In this document: positions 51,138 through 63,570 of the stretch, in pieces
Numbering within the stretch: the stretch's first letter is position 1
Layout of the letters: every line of letters starts with the position of its first letter
NCBI RefSeq assembly: GCF_004010195.1
Contig: NC_057718.1
Location: 36,006,501-36,070,500, forward strand
Length of the DNA: 64,000 nt
DNA from: Chiloscyllium plagiosum
Lineage: Eukaryota
Direction: 5' to 3'
Program-made: the position numbers and the translations under genes
Notes under the pieces: model-generated
Told to the model about the DNA's origin: nothing
What the model saw: the letters and a program-made list of their open reading frames with translations, nothing else
Databases searched by the model: none

Positions 51138-51301
51138 AGAGAAACAAAACAAAAACTGTTGGTGAAGCTCAACAGGTCTGGCAGCCCGACTCAAAACATT
51201 TACTCTGCTTTCTTCCCACAGATGCTGCCAGACCTGTTGAGTTCTGCCAGCAACTTCTGTTTTTGTTTCAGATCTCCAGCATCTGCAGTTCTGTTTTATT
51301 T
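51138..51301 (+). mobile_element. Palindromic Penelope derivative
   Basis: gctcaacaggtctggcagc / gctgccagacctgttgagt inverted arms; tail on the right. Confidence 0.75.
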
Positions 51302-52949
51302 CTCTTTAATGCAGAAATTGTTCACTTGTTGAAAGGCATTTGGTTAGATTAAATTTATTCGCTTCTGAAACTGTTATGTAACCATTTTGACATCTCTGAT
51401 TAAAGAGTGCTCATTGGCAATATGCAACATAATGGCAATTTACAACTTTTAGAATCGCGACAATCTTTCAAAGAGGACCTTCATGTACAAACCTCTTTGG
51501 AACTGTCCAATCCTCACTTGTTCATGTCAGGCTGGCTGTCTCTTACAACCTTTGCTTGTACTGAGCGCTATCCTATCAGAACTGATGCTATCACTATGGT
51601 TACTGGTAACATATTGCCATGCAGTTATCTTCTCTTTCCCTCCTCCTTTATTTTGAATTCATACAAAGGGCACAACCCTTCTGAAGCATTGCATTATCAC
51701 TGGGTGAACTGGTTCAACTCCAGGTAATATTTATTAAGAGCAAAAATATGATTTTTCAGAGAGAAGCAATTTTCGTTAAGAATAAGATTTTGCTTCAAGA
51801 TGTCAACTTACTTTGAAATGGAATTGATCAGGATCGCTGAATTTTCCAGGAGCTAAATACATTGTGGTATGGTATCAAGAAAGAGTTGAATTTTTTATAA
51901 CATTTTGTGTGAGCTTAGCTTATCCTAACGTGCCCTTATAGCCAATCAGGTTCTTTTGACTCACTGTTGCCATGCAGACACTGTGGCAGCAAATTATAAA
52001 GGCTGCAAAGCTCTTAGTGTACTGAGATGGCTAACCTCATTCGGGTAATAATGGGCATTGTAGCTCCCCTCGAACATCAGGATCAGATTCCCTAAGGAAA
52101 AGAAAACAGATTTCCCAGGACCAAGATGTCAGAAGGTAACCAGTGTCCATGATACCGTGCCTGAGCCTGAATCAACATTTTCAGGAGAGGGATAAGGGAA
52201 GAAAATTGGGAAAGCAGGAGTAGAGATTGATAAGAAATCAATCTTTATCTGTTTAAGCAGCCAGCAAGGATTTGAAAGATGGTGCAAAAGCAAAAGCAAT
52301 TGGGCCAAAATTACATTTTGGAGTTGACTCAATGACTCGTGTTACAAATAAATAAGAAAACATAAGCCTTTCCATGACATATCTGCCCAGAGATGGGAAA
52401 ATCTAATATCCTGCCACAATGCTGAGTGTGCTGCAAACAGTGAACTTAATCAAGATACAAGAAAGTGACTGTGGAAGAGTAGCAAAAGGATTTATCGCCT
52501 TGTGGGGGTGGAGAGAAAGCAAATGCTGGAAATGACACAGCAATGAAGTGGAAGCTCAAGAGTGGAATGGAAATATTTTGCTGCTGTTTTGAGATGGTTG
52601 TTTAATAGCAGTTTTAAAATTGTTCAATACTTTGTGCACAGTGTAGATGAAAGCTATAAATTAAGCCATGTATTTGTGGCTCTGCTTACTTCTATTGGCT
52701 GACAGACTATTGGCTCACTTGATCCTCCAGCCACCCTGGTGAATCAGCTGGTCTTTCCCTGCCAGTCAATTTTACGGTGCTCATATTTTACAATTTTCAT
52801 TAGATTTCCATAGGAATTTGGAGCAGAATCTTATTTCAGCTGAAAGCTCTGGGCGATGTAGGGAACGGGGAGATTTGTGGCAGAATCAGACGAAAGATCT
52901 GGCAAGGCTTATCTTGATGTCAAGAGCATCTAGCTCCATTGCTTATGCT

Positions 52950-53096
52950 AAATGAAAACCAGAAGAACTGCAGATGCTGTCAATCAGAAACAGAACCATC
53001 AATTGCTGGAAAGGCTCAGCAGGTCTGGCAGTATCTGTGGAGAGAAATCAGAGTTAACGTTCTGGGTCCAGTGACTCGTCCTCAGAACCAAAGTTT
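52950..53096 (-). mobile_element. Penelope pLTR arm with a decayed hammerhead (53053-53088)
   Basis: Minus strand GUU-CUGAGGA-C-GAGUC-ACUG-GACCC-AGAACGUU-AAC. Confidence 0.75.
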
Positions 53097-55513
53097 TTGC
53101 TTTTGCTTTTGTTCCACCTTTTGAGAAATGGTGTGCTGGGTTCCTTGCTAGGCAGCGGCAAGTTGCCAATTAAGGGCGATTGTTACTTGTCAAATGCCTT
53201 GTTAGTGGCTCAACTCAATTTATTAATATTCAGCTCCTTACCTTATCAAACAAATTAGATGACAACAGATCTTGACATGGAAACTGAGACAGATACCTGG
53301 CGAATTCAGCTTACTGTGGAATCTGAAGGACCTCCTTAATGTGTATGACCAAACAACATCTCAGAGCGTGATCCCCAGGCACCAAACTCATGTACCCCTC
53401 GCCCATGGACTTTGGCATCCAGCATTTTCCACTCATGGCCATCTTCCTGATGCACAGCAGTGTGTTCTGGAAGTACAGGCTCGTATTGCAGGCTGCGCTG
53501 GCAAGCAGCATTGCAAAACTGCAGCAGGGACAGGCACCCCAGCTGAAGGATTGACCAGGCTGCATCTCAGGGCTGCTCACTTTCTCCTTAGTGCTTGCTA
53601 ACGTAGGGCCTATTTGCTTCCAGAATCCTTGTCTTGCTTTTCCTTCCTGTGTCAGTTAGTGCAGTCACATAACCAGGCAGCTTGCTGGCCAGCAGTCCTC
53701 ACACAAAGGAGTGGACAGCTTGCTTTACAGTACTGTGCTGCATCAATCTCACTGTGTGTAGGCAGCTTCTGCAGAAAACACACTGCAGGTGGAGCAAGCA
53801 AAGGACATGCCTCAAAATCAGAGAGGAATAGTCCTCAGCTAAGTCCATGGAGGGACCTGTCAGTTAGGGGGTCCTGGCACAGTTCGTTGAGGGCAGACTC
53901 CATTACCAGTCCAGGGGATCAGCCATGGTCGGGCATGTGGTCGGCATCTTCTCAGTCAGGACATCAGTGTCTCTGTAGTCCAGAGAGTGGGTCATAGTCA
54001 ATCCTATGGCTCCATAGTAGTGGCCATTCTGAGGGTTGGGCTAATGTGTTCAGCAAAATGTTCGGGCTTTAGTCAGGAAAGAGGGCAGTTCAGGTCCAGG
54101 GCTGTCTGGTTAACTCACATGAGGAGGTGGACCATGGTCAGTTCATTAGCTTCATCCACGACACTAAGGGGAGGTGGCAAGGAGGTCTGTAGCCATTGGA
54201 AGGGGGTCATAAAGGAGGGCTTTATTCCATAAGTGCACCCTGGTTCAAGGCAGAGGAGCAGTGAATGGGCACACATGACATGGTCACCTTATATACCAGA
54301 AGGAGAAAGGTGGACAAGTGCAGGTTCATATGGATGGCTTGAGTGGGGTCAGGAAAAACCACCAGGAAGGGGATTTGGATGTTTGAAGGCTCACCACTAA
54401 GATCCACTGGCCATAGCGTGCTCACTCTCACCTTCCATTGTGCTGGAAATTGAAAGTGCGCAATGGGGAAGAAAATGGCTGTGATCACAGTTGGAGTCGG
54501 CAGGGTACATGACCTGAACTATGAGGAAGAGCCTGCAGGACCCATCAATGTTCATCTTTTAAAGGGAAAGAACATTTCACACAGAACTATGGTCTGTACA
54601 GGACACAGACCCATGGGTCCCTAGTCACAGGCTCATCCAAACACATTGCCCCTTGTTTGTGTTGCGCCTTATCAACATGTTCACACCAACATGTTGGAAA
54701 CAGAGTCCGTGAAAAGAAAGGGATGGTGTACAAGGAAGGTCAAAGCTGTCAGCAGTACACATAGCCCCATATTCACTTTCATTCTCTCACTTCCAGACAA
54801 TGGTGCAGGCTCTCAACATAGACTGCCATCCATTGGTCACTGTGTGTGACTGTGAGGTTCTATCATATGCAGTAACAATGACGTATAGGGCTACAGAGAG
54901 AGACAAACAACTGGATGTAAAGTGAAATCAGTGACATTTGCAAAAAAGTGAAAAATCCATATTTGCACTGTTACCCAAGTCATCGTACAGTCCTAGAAAA
55001 GCTTTCTTTTTTCTCCTCCTTCCTTTACATCTTTGTGCATATCCAGGTCTATACCCGGGGTGGAGGGAGCCTGCTTAAGAGTGAAGCCCATTGGCCCTGT
55101 GACCGTGGAGATTGCTTGGGTCTAGAGGGGCCAGACTGCTGAGGGTCTTCTTACCAGATGCATGTGGAGTTCCTCAGCATGAGTTTCCAAGTTTCAGAGG
55201 GATGCAGGCAATGGAGGGCTCGGCCACCTCTGCAGGGCCCTGAATGGTGACTTCTGAGGGCATTGTGTGTGGTTCCTCCTCAGGTTGGCATCTCCATGTT
55301 GCCATGCTTTCAAGCCTGAAGACCAATGGATAGGACAATGTAGTACAGATGGGTGTGTGCCTCTTCAGCAGACCCTGAGGGCGCTAAACCTGGCTGTCAA
55401 TGGCAGCTGCTACCTGGTCCATACAGGCAGCCAGTCAGGTTGCTGCAGTGCTTTGTTGCACTGCTGCAGCGTCTGGGTAATAAGTGTTATGTAGCCCATG
55501 TACCTGCACGTCA

Positions 55514-56587
55514 CTACACTCCTCCTTGCCCCTGTTGACAAAGTTGCTGATTGCTGACATCATAGGGCCCTCTCCTACCTGGCACCCAGTAGGGGCCTGG
55601 TCTCTGATTTACCAACTCCCTGGTGCATTTCTTCCTCAGCCAGCTGTAGAGCTTCATTGTCAAGTTCTCACCAGATTGTGCTCTCACACTCCCTAAACCT
55701 AACATTCTCACCGAGGAGTCCATTTCTGAGACTGTGGAGGGAAGATGAGGCAGCCTTGCTGATGCTCCCTCTGGTGTCTTGGAACTTTCATCCTCAGAGG
55801 GCAAGTGGTGACCCCTGGGAACGTCAGGCATCTTACTGTGTAGATGTGATGCTGGTGCTACCTGCAGCACCAAAGACAGAGAAGGTGTCACGGTCAGTGG
55901 TTAGAAGTTGTGTTCAGTGAATAACACTGATGAGGGGCTACTCTCAGAGTTGCCGGGGGGATGCTTACCCGATTGGCAGGACATGAAATCTCGCCATTCC
56001 CGCAGGAGTGTTCTCAGTCTTCTCATGCAAGGGCCAGGATCCTCTCCTCATATGAGGTCCTTCCCCATCTGAGCTCTTTGTGTCCTTTTATTGGCTGTCT
56101 TGTCCTGCATTGAGGGTAAGGGAGGGATTGAGTGAGGTGGGAGTGGGAGCCACAGCTATTAGACTGAATGAAAGTGGGTGAAAGCTGGTGAGGTGTTCTG
56201 AGGTCGTGAGGAGGCAGTGCTGAGGACATAGAGGGTTGGTGGTGTGGGTGGCTGGAGCTTGAGAATTGAGAGTGAGTGAGGGAAGATGTGGGCAACAGTG
56301 AGTGTGGCACTGCCTAGGTGGTGGCATGTGCAGTTGCAGAGATTGTGTGTGTGTGTGTGTGTGTGTGTGATGGAGAGAGAAGTGCAACAGGAGTGCAGAA
56401 TGTATTTGGCCTTCTTCCAGCACTGATAGCTGCTCATCTGGACCATGGAATTGGCACTATCCTGGGTGCTGACCATGAAACAGAATACCATGTCTCCTCT
56501 GGCAGTGCTCTTTTGCAACATGCCCTCAACTGGAGCCTCCAAGTTCCTGTCGGAGTATCACGATGCATCTTCCCCTTCTCTGACATC
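55514..56587 (-). pseudogene. Spliced Myb/SANT-like (trihelix, NAIF1/MSANTD-like) Harbinger accessory gene relic
   Basis: MSEKGK..YSDRNLEAPVEGML...VQMSSYQCWKKAKYIL; second exon 56104-55969 (cag|GACAAG...CGG|gtaagc) reads DKTANKRTQRAQMG..SYEERILALA. Confidence 0.65.
56345..56369. repeat. (GT)n microsatellite
   Basis: Read directly. Confidence 0.95.
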
Positions 56588-57911
56588 TTTGTTCTTTGTC
56601 CATCACCAAGCTGGTGGCTTCAAAATGCCAGAGCCCGAATGGCTACACAGTGGCCTTTTAAAGATAGCACAGCTGCAAGGCTTGCTGGTCTTTTGCTGGA
56701 TATCCGCAGAGTGGCAAGTCCTTCTGGGAATGATGCAAGGAGCTGGAATCAGCTGTGATGGACACCATCGGGTCAGGGTATGTAGTTATTCAGGCCTGTT
56801 TGGTAAAATATGGCGAGAAAACTCACTAGGCCTCCTGGTGGAAATCCCTCCAAAAAGCCAGATGCAACTTGGACTTAGCAAAAAATAGACACGATTCAGA
56901 TCTAAGTTTTTTGAAGAGATGCAGTCAAATGTTTTTCTGTCTTGAACTTGATTGTCAGTAAATCAAAGATCTTCCAGCTAGCTGTTTTTTCTTTCACTCT
57001 CTCTGGATACACTGTGATAATGCAGACAGTTTTTGAACATAAATTCATAGCTCATGCTTCCTTTGTCCTTTCAGGTATTACACTTGTTCCCCTGTTGATT
57101 ACTGAAAAGCCAGGAAGTATCCAAAGGCAGACACAGAGTGACAAGCATTGTGCACAATTTCTTGCTTTCTGCTCACACCTTAACCTGCCTACGTTTGTTT
57201 TGGCCATCTCACAGGCTGAAAAAGCTGTCGTTCCCTCATTTCCTCAGTAACTGTTTGCTGTACTGGATGCCTCTTTTCTCAACCCATGATATAGCTATCT
57301 CAACCTCAGCAGAAAGGTTTATAGCATTCATTGTAATGTTGTTTTCTCTACTTGAAATTGCAGAATTGTTACTGAACCTTAGGGAACAGGTACCTGGTTT
57401 TTCTTTCAATTTCGGCCAACTAAAGGGGAATTCCAGCTCTGAAGCACATCAGTAAAGAATTTAAAAAAAGCAACAGGGAGTCTTGTGTTAAATAAATGTC
57501 TGAGTTTTAAAGAAAATGTGCTATGGCTGCCAGGCAATTGTAAAATCACATTGAGCCTTATTGAAAAGCTGTCAGAAGCAGTGATTAATGGCCATGAATA
57601 CTGAACTAAGAGCAGTGTATATTATTATGTGCTTCAGTCATGTAACAGCAGCTGGAGGTCAGTCACAAATGGAGAGGAACAAGCTAACTATAAAAATATT
57701 GGCCAAGTGGCCATGAGGTTCCACTTCCTCAGCTATTTATAGTTCTACCAAAAGCCCAGCATTAGACAGGTGGGTAATGAATAAATCATAGAGAAAAGTG
57801 GACTTGATTAGGAGATTTTGATAAATGTCTGACCCTCATTAATCAAAACACTCTATTTATGGCTTATGGAAGATACTGTAGAAATCTCATTGGGGAGCTA
57901 ATATACCATTA

Positions 57912-58100
57912 CCAACAACAGGCTTTTATATGGCATCTTTAATACATTGCAATGTTCCAAACACTTCACAGGAGTATTTGCAAACAAAATTTGTCTTTGA
58001 GCCACATATTGAGAGATTATTGAGCACTTTAACATAAGAGAGAGACATTTGGAGAGGTGTGGGTGTAGCTATCCAGAGCTTTAGGATCTAGACATTGTCA
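57912..58100 (-). mobile_element. L2 LINE 3' end relic
   Basis: caacaac..ttttatatggcatcttt...ccaaacacttcacagg resembles a reversed L2 tail. Confidence 0.45.
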
Positions 58101-58634
58101 GCAACCAGGGATAGCAAAGCTTTTTGCTAATTCCTCTTTCTATCCTCTAGCAATATCACTGCTAGGGTTGTCCAAACATGTTCAATGTTGTACGAAAATA
58201 ATCTGTTTAGCTTTAAATACCTGTCCATGAGCTATCAAAATTAAATCTAACCTTGGAAGATTGGAAATGTTGTACTATTTAGCTTCATTATAACTAATGT
58301 CTGATTAATTAAATGTTCAATTAATTTTTACTAAGAAATACATCACAATTCTTAATCATGCACAGTCCATTGAGAATATGATCAAGGGCCCCATGTTGCC
58401 AAGTGATCGGATCCTGATGCTATGGGGATGGTTCTTAAGCAGAGAAGTGTTTTTGATGCACTCAGGCATTCCTATGACAGCTGGGAGCACTGTACTGTTC
58501 CAATAAACAATGTTTGTCAGGTTTTAGGGAAGATTTCCTCTGTGTGCTATGAATAACAAAATAATGATTATATTTATAAGAGCATATTATCCTACACAGT
58601 GCAGAAATTACATTTTCATCATTTATCAATAAAT

Positions 58635-59164
58635 GGTTTCCCTCCTACAGGACGGATGTTGTGAAACTTAAAAGGCTTCAAAAAAGATTTACAAGGATAT
58701 TGCCAGGGTTGGAGGGTTTGAGCTATAGGGAGGGGCTGAATAGGCTGGGGCTGTTTGCCCTAGAGAGTTGGAGGCTGAGGGGTGACCTTGTAGAGGTTTA
58801 TTAAATCATTAGCATGGATAGAGTGAACAGACAAGGTCTTTTCCCTGGGGTGGGGGAGTCCAGAAGTAGAACGCATAGGTTTAGGGTGAGAGGGGAAAGA
58901 TTTAAAAGGGACCCGAGGGACAACTTTTTCATACCGAGGGTGGTGCGTATATGGAGTAAACTGCCAGATGAAGTGGTGGAGGCTGGTATAATTACAACAA
59001 TTAAAAGGCATCTGGGTGGATACATGAATAGGAAGGGTTTAGAGGGATATGGGCCAAGTGATGGAAAATGGGACGAGATTAATTTAGGATATCTGGTTGG
59101 CATGCACAAGTTGGACCAAAGGGTCTGTTTCCATGCTGTTTGTCTCTGTGACTTTATGACTCTA
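58635..59164 (+). mobile_element. CR1 3' fragment
   Basis: DRVNRQGLFPGVGESRSRTHRFRVRGERFKRD...; tail ctctgtgactttatgactcta. Confidence 0.92.
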
Positions 59165-59544
59165 AATATTGAAACAAACCTTACTGAACCAAAGGCTCCA
59201 TCAGGTGTCTTACTTAGCAGTCTGGAACTGTTAGGAACCAAAGGCCCTTTAGCAGTAACTCAGTTAGCTTACGCAGTTACTCTCATCAGTGCATTCATTG
59301 ATTAGATTAGATTAGATTAGATATTGTCTCATCACTTGGAACCTTTTGCGAGGAGATTATTCTTTTATACAGTTTTTCAGTATCTTCTAACATCGTATGT
59401 GGAGTATTCATAGTCCTCTGAAGTTGCAAGTGCTTCCAGCTTTATGCTAAAGGTCCTTGACCTTAAAAGTGGATGATAAAGATAATCAAAGCAATAGCTG
59501 GCTAAGTATTTGGTCCATGAGGACCTTCTAGAGCTAGAATTGTG

Positions 59545-59766
59545 TCATCATAATCTTACCAGACCATAGGCACTGCTCTCTCATTGGAGAGAAGCAACTG
59601 GTGGTGATTTAACCTGAAGGCCACTAGACCTTAAGGTAAGGGAAGAGGTTGAGAAGCAGAGTCCTTCATAGTTACCTCAAACCAATGACTGGAATTGAAC
59701 CCACACTGTTATTATTATATAGCTCTGTAAACCAGCAATTCAGCCAATTGAGCTAAACCAATTCCC
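59545..59766 (-). mobile_element. SINE family C
   Basis: Minus head ttagctcaattgg...gggttcaattcc. Confidence 0.75.
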
Positions 59767-59882
59767 ACTTTGATTGGCAAGCTGTGTGTCTGTTCTAAAT
59801 TCTTTATCAAGATTGTAGCTCACAAGTGGATCAAATATCTAAGGAGGCAGCTCAGGCTGGCCACCTATCTGCTCCAAACTCA

Positions 59883-60200
59883 GGCGATGGTGGTGTAATG
59901 GTATTGTAACCCAGCAACCTTGGTGATTAGGTTCAAATCCTACCAATGTATCAGTTGGAGTTTCAATTTATTCAATGCATTAATAATCATGTAATTGTGC
60001 CCATGGCATTATTATTAATTGTTGTTTAAAAACCCAATTGATTCACTGATTCCCTTTAAGAGAAAGGAAAATGTTTTCCTCATCTGCTCTGGTCTGCGTG
60101 TGATTCCAAATCCATAGTAACATGGGAGCTCTGATAATTAAGGATTGGGAGAAAATGTTTGTCCTGATAATGTTGCCCTTGCCCCATGAAAGAATATATT
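59883..60200 (+). mobile_element. SINE family B, degraded
   Basis: ggcgatggtggtgtaatggtattg...ggttcaaatcc head. Confidence 0.65.
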
Positions 60201-60449
60201 TTTTAAAAAAAGCTTTTATTGTGGGAAACGACCTCTACTGTTATACTGATTACTTAGACACTGTTGTTGCCTCCACATTGATATCATCTTTCCTTTGTGG
60301 TCAGGTTCTCCACTGGCACCTTCAGAATAAATCTCACTACTCACCGCATATGCTCGCATTGCAACTTTAATATCTCAAGCATAGTCCAGTGATGGTGTTC
60401 TCATGTATTTACCTAGTCTTGCCTCATTTTCTGTTGTCTGTAAAGGAAA

Positions 60450-60727
60450 AGTTGCCATAGTCTTAGCAGACCATAATACTCCTCCCTCTTTAGAGGGCAA
60501 TGACTGGTGGTGGTTTAACCTGATGGTCAGCAGGCCTCAGGCAAAGGGAGAAATTGAGAAGGTGAGTCTTTCATGGTGACTTCAGCCAGTATAGGAATTG
60601 AACCCACACTGTTAGCATCACTCTGCAGCAGAAACCAGACAAACAAGCTAACCAACCCCATGAGGCTCCCCTCTCAAACTCTCCCCCAACCTAAGGCATG
60701 ATGACACTCAGGTTAAACCACTACCAG

Positions 60728-60769
<42 letters not shown>

Positions 60770-60800
60770 GTCTCCCTCCAATGAGGTGACAGTTCTGTTG
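60450..60800. mobile_element. SINE family C on the minus strand (60450-60659) abutting an inverted partial copy (60661-60800) with a (TC)n expansion
   Basis: ggtggtggtttaacctga versus tcaggttaaaccactacc. Confidence 0.7.
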
Positions 60801-60821
60801 TCCGTAAAATGCTGTTGCTCC

Positions 60822-61108
60822 TGGAGGTGCTGGATGTCTTGAAAAACATAAAGGTGGAAAAATCTCTGGGACCTGTTGAAGTGTACCCCACAACATTGTG
60901 GGAATCTAGGGAAGAACTTACGGGACCCCTGAAGATTAGTTTGTATCATCTACAGTCATGGGTAATGTGCTGGAGGACTGGAGGGAGGTTAATACTGTAC
61001 CTTTATTTAAGAAAGGCTGTAAAGAGAAGCCTGGAAACTATAGACGGCTGAGTCCGACATCAGTGGTGGGCATGGACAAGTTGGACTGAAGGGTCTGTTT
61101 CTGTGCTG
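60822..61108 (+). mobile_element. Internally deleted CR1 (RT N-terminal region joined directly to the 3' UTR)
   Basis: EVLDVLKNIKVEKS..GNYR..TSVVG runs into ggcatggacaagttggactgaagggtc. Confidence 0.8.
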
Positions 61109-61109
61109 T

Positions 61110-61280
61110 TTGATTCTATGTTTCTATAACTGAGGTAACCAACCCTCTTGAGTTGTCCTCTCAACCTCTCCCCTGCCTGAGGCATGGTGAGACCCTCAGG
61201 TTAAACCATTGCCAGTCATGTCTTTCTCTCTCTGTCTGTCTCTAATGAAACAGCAGCCCTGTCGTCTATATGCCTCTGAT
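61110..61280 (+). mobile_element. SINE family C, 3' part
   Basis: tctcaacctctcccc.gcctgaggcatggtgagaccctcaggttaaacca. Confidence 0.65.
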
Positions 61281-61654
61281 GCTCATGGAAGGTCTGTTCC
61301 ACTCCTTCCACACTAATCCAGAGGGTGATCGATTTACTGGTGGCCTCACATGTTTGACTTATTTGCAACATAATCACGCTGTCACCCCATTCCAACTGAA
61401 CATTTCAATGTGACAAGTTTATCTTTCTCTTGCCAAACTGTCAAGAGACTTGTGCTCATTATCTGCAACAATTTTGTTGAACTGAGAGACTTTTCACTAT
61501 CATATTAACACTGCTCTAACTGCAGCTGAGGTTTTATCTTGTGAGGTGGCCTGCAGCTGGGGAATGTGACTGAGGGTTACATTGCGTAGACATAATTTTC
61601 ACTGAATTGTGAAAATTGAAATGATTCAAATAAAAATAATATGCCTCCCACCAA

Positions 61655-62486
61655 TAAATAGATTGGAGAGTTGGGTGGAGAAATGGCAGATGGAGTTCAA
61701 TCTGGCCAAATGTGAGGTGATGCATTTTGAAAGATCCAATTCAAGAGCAAACCACACATTAAATGGAAAAGCCCTGGGGAACATTGATGTACAGAGAGAT
61801 CTGGGTGTTCAGGTCCATTGTACTCTGAAGGTGGCAATGCAGGTCAATAGAGTGGACAAGAAGGCATATGGCATGGTCTCCTTCATCGGACGGGCTATTG
61901 AGTACAAGAGTTGGACAGTTGTATAGGACTTTGGTTCGACCACATTTGGAATACTGCGTACAGTTCTTGTGGCCACATTACCAAACGGATGTGGATATTT
62001 TGAAGAGGGTGCAGAGCAGGTTCACCTGGATGTTGCCTGATATGGAGGGTGCGAGTTATGAAGACGGGTTGAGTAGATGAGGACTATTTTCATTAGAAAG
62101 ATGGAGGTTGAGGGGGGCCCTGATTAAGATCTACAAAATCATGAGATGTATAGATAGGGTGGATAGCAAGAAGCTTTTTCCCAGAGTGGGGGACTCAATT
62201 ATTAGGGGTCACGAGTTCAAGATAAGAGGGAAAAAGGTTAAGGGAGATATGCGTGGAAAGTTCTTTACCCAGAGGGTGGTGGGTGTTGGAACGTGTTGCC
62301 AGCGGAGTTGGTAGAGGCGGGCATGATAGTGTCATTTAAGATGTATCTAGACAGGTACATGAATGGGCAGGGAACAGAGGGATACAGATTCTTAGAAAAT
62401 AGGTGACAGGTTTAGATGGAGGATCTAAATCGGTGCAGGCATCAAAGGCTGAAGGGCCTGTTCCTGTGCTAAAATATTCTTTGTTC
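61655..62486 (+). mobile_element. CR1 3' portion
   Basis: WVEKWQMEFNLAKCEVMHF, LVRPHLEYCVQF. Confidence 0.92.
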
Positions 62487-62913
62487 AATCCTCCTCAGGA
62501 TTGGTGCAAAGAGACGATAGTAGTCTGAAAATAATGCATGAGGCATTTTGTTCAGACCATCCCACACAAAGGACTCACGTGTTGCTGAGATGTTTGATTG
62601 AAATGTGACTAAGCCCACACTGAGCTATGGGCATCTCATTTTCATAGGCAGACAGCACCGAATACCTCACTCTGGACACTTGCTGTTTATTATGCAGGAG
62701 ACATATAACTCTGAATGGTGAAACAAGATATTTGAACATGCCATTCAGACAAATCTGTTGTTACTTGAAACTTGGGAAAATCTAAAATTCAAATAAAGAA
62801 ATAAGTCAGCTAAAACAGTACACTTATTTGAATACCAAGATGGGTATTGTTGAGCTCTTCAATTATGAAAAAGGCAGCTATGTTTGAAATAAAATTGACC
62901 AGACTATTCTGGA

Positions 62914-63570
62914 GTTATGAAGTTGAAAGCGTGCACTGTACCTTTAAGAGAGAGTGAATGCTGTTCTGAACTGAGAGATTACAAGCACCTGTGTACATGA
63001 CTAGATGGCAGTCCCAGAGCATTATGGAACATTGAAAATATGTAACATTTGGCTATGAAATATATATCTGAGTTTTGGTTGCTGTTTTGAAAACATTCAA
63101 ATTTAACCAATTAGTTTAAATTATGCCCTAGGATACTAAAACCCAATTGAGTTTGAATTTACTGTTTTGGCAACATCGAACCAATGAGATGATCCGATGT
63201 TGGACATTTTGAAAACTGGAGAGAGAGCAACTACCATCTTTATCAAAGGTACCTTTCCATGTGAAACATGCTCACAGTAAAATGAAAGAAGCTGACCCAG
63301 GGAATTCAGCAGCTGGAAGAATGAAGTCACAGAAGACAACAACAGCTGTGTGGTTTCAAAATTAAATTGATGTAATTTTAATAAGTGTCTTATTGGAACA
63401 GTATATTGTTATAGAGTTGGAGGCAGGTAATAAGCAGTTAAGAGAAAGGGGGCTTAAAGTCATGAATAGTTGTAGTTTAAAGTTCATTTTTAGAATTAAA
63501 AAATAAATTGATGTTATTTTCTTTAAATAGTGGGAGTTCTCTATCACTCAGATTTAATAGTTTATGATAC
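62914..63570 (+). mobile_element. 657-bp non-coding insert (solo-LTR-like) between 11-bp direct repeats
   Basis: actattctgga at 62903-62913 and 63571-63581; three CCAAT boxes and an AATAAA inside. Confidence 0.45.

Larger units (their letters stand above)
53115..56880. mobile_element. Probable degraded PIF/Harbinger DNA transposon (GC-richer block) carrying a Myb/SANT gene on the minus strand
   Basis: Myb-like exons (next feature); weak plus-strand transposase traces (GAVNG/TH near 54256); boundaries uncertain. Confidence 0.5.

Noticed and set aside
53272..55920. Dense overlapping short ORFs as a gene cluster
   Set aside because: Expected from locally higher GC in a decayed transposon; no coherent protein apart from the Harbinger traces
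59301..59322. (ATTAG)n run as a telomere-like repeat
   Set aside because: It matches the HE1/CR1 tail unit and is not TTAGGG; probably an orphan tail
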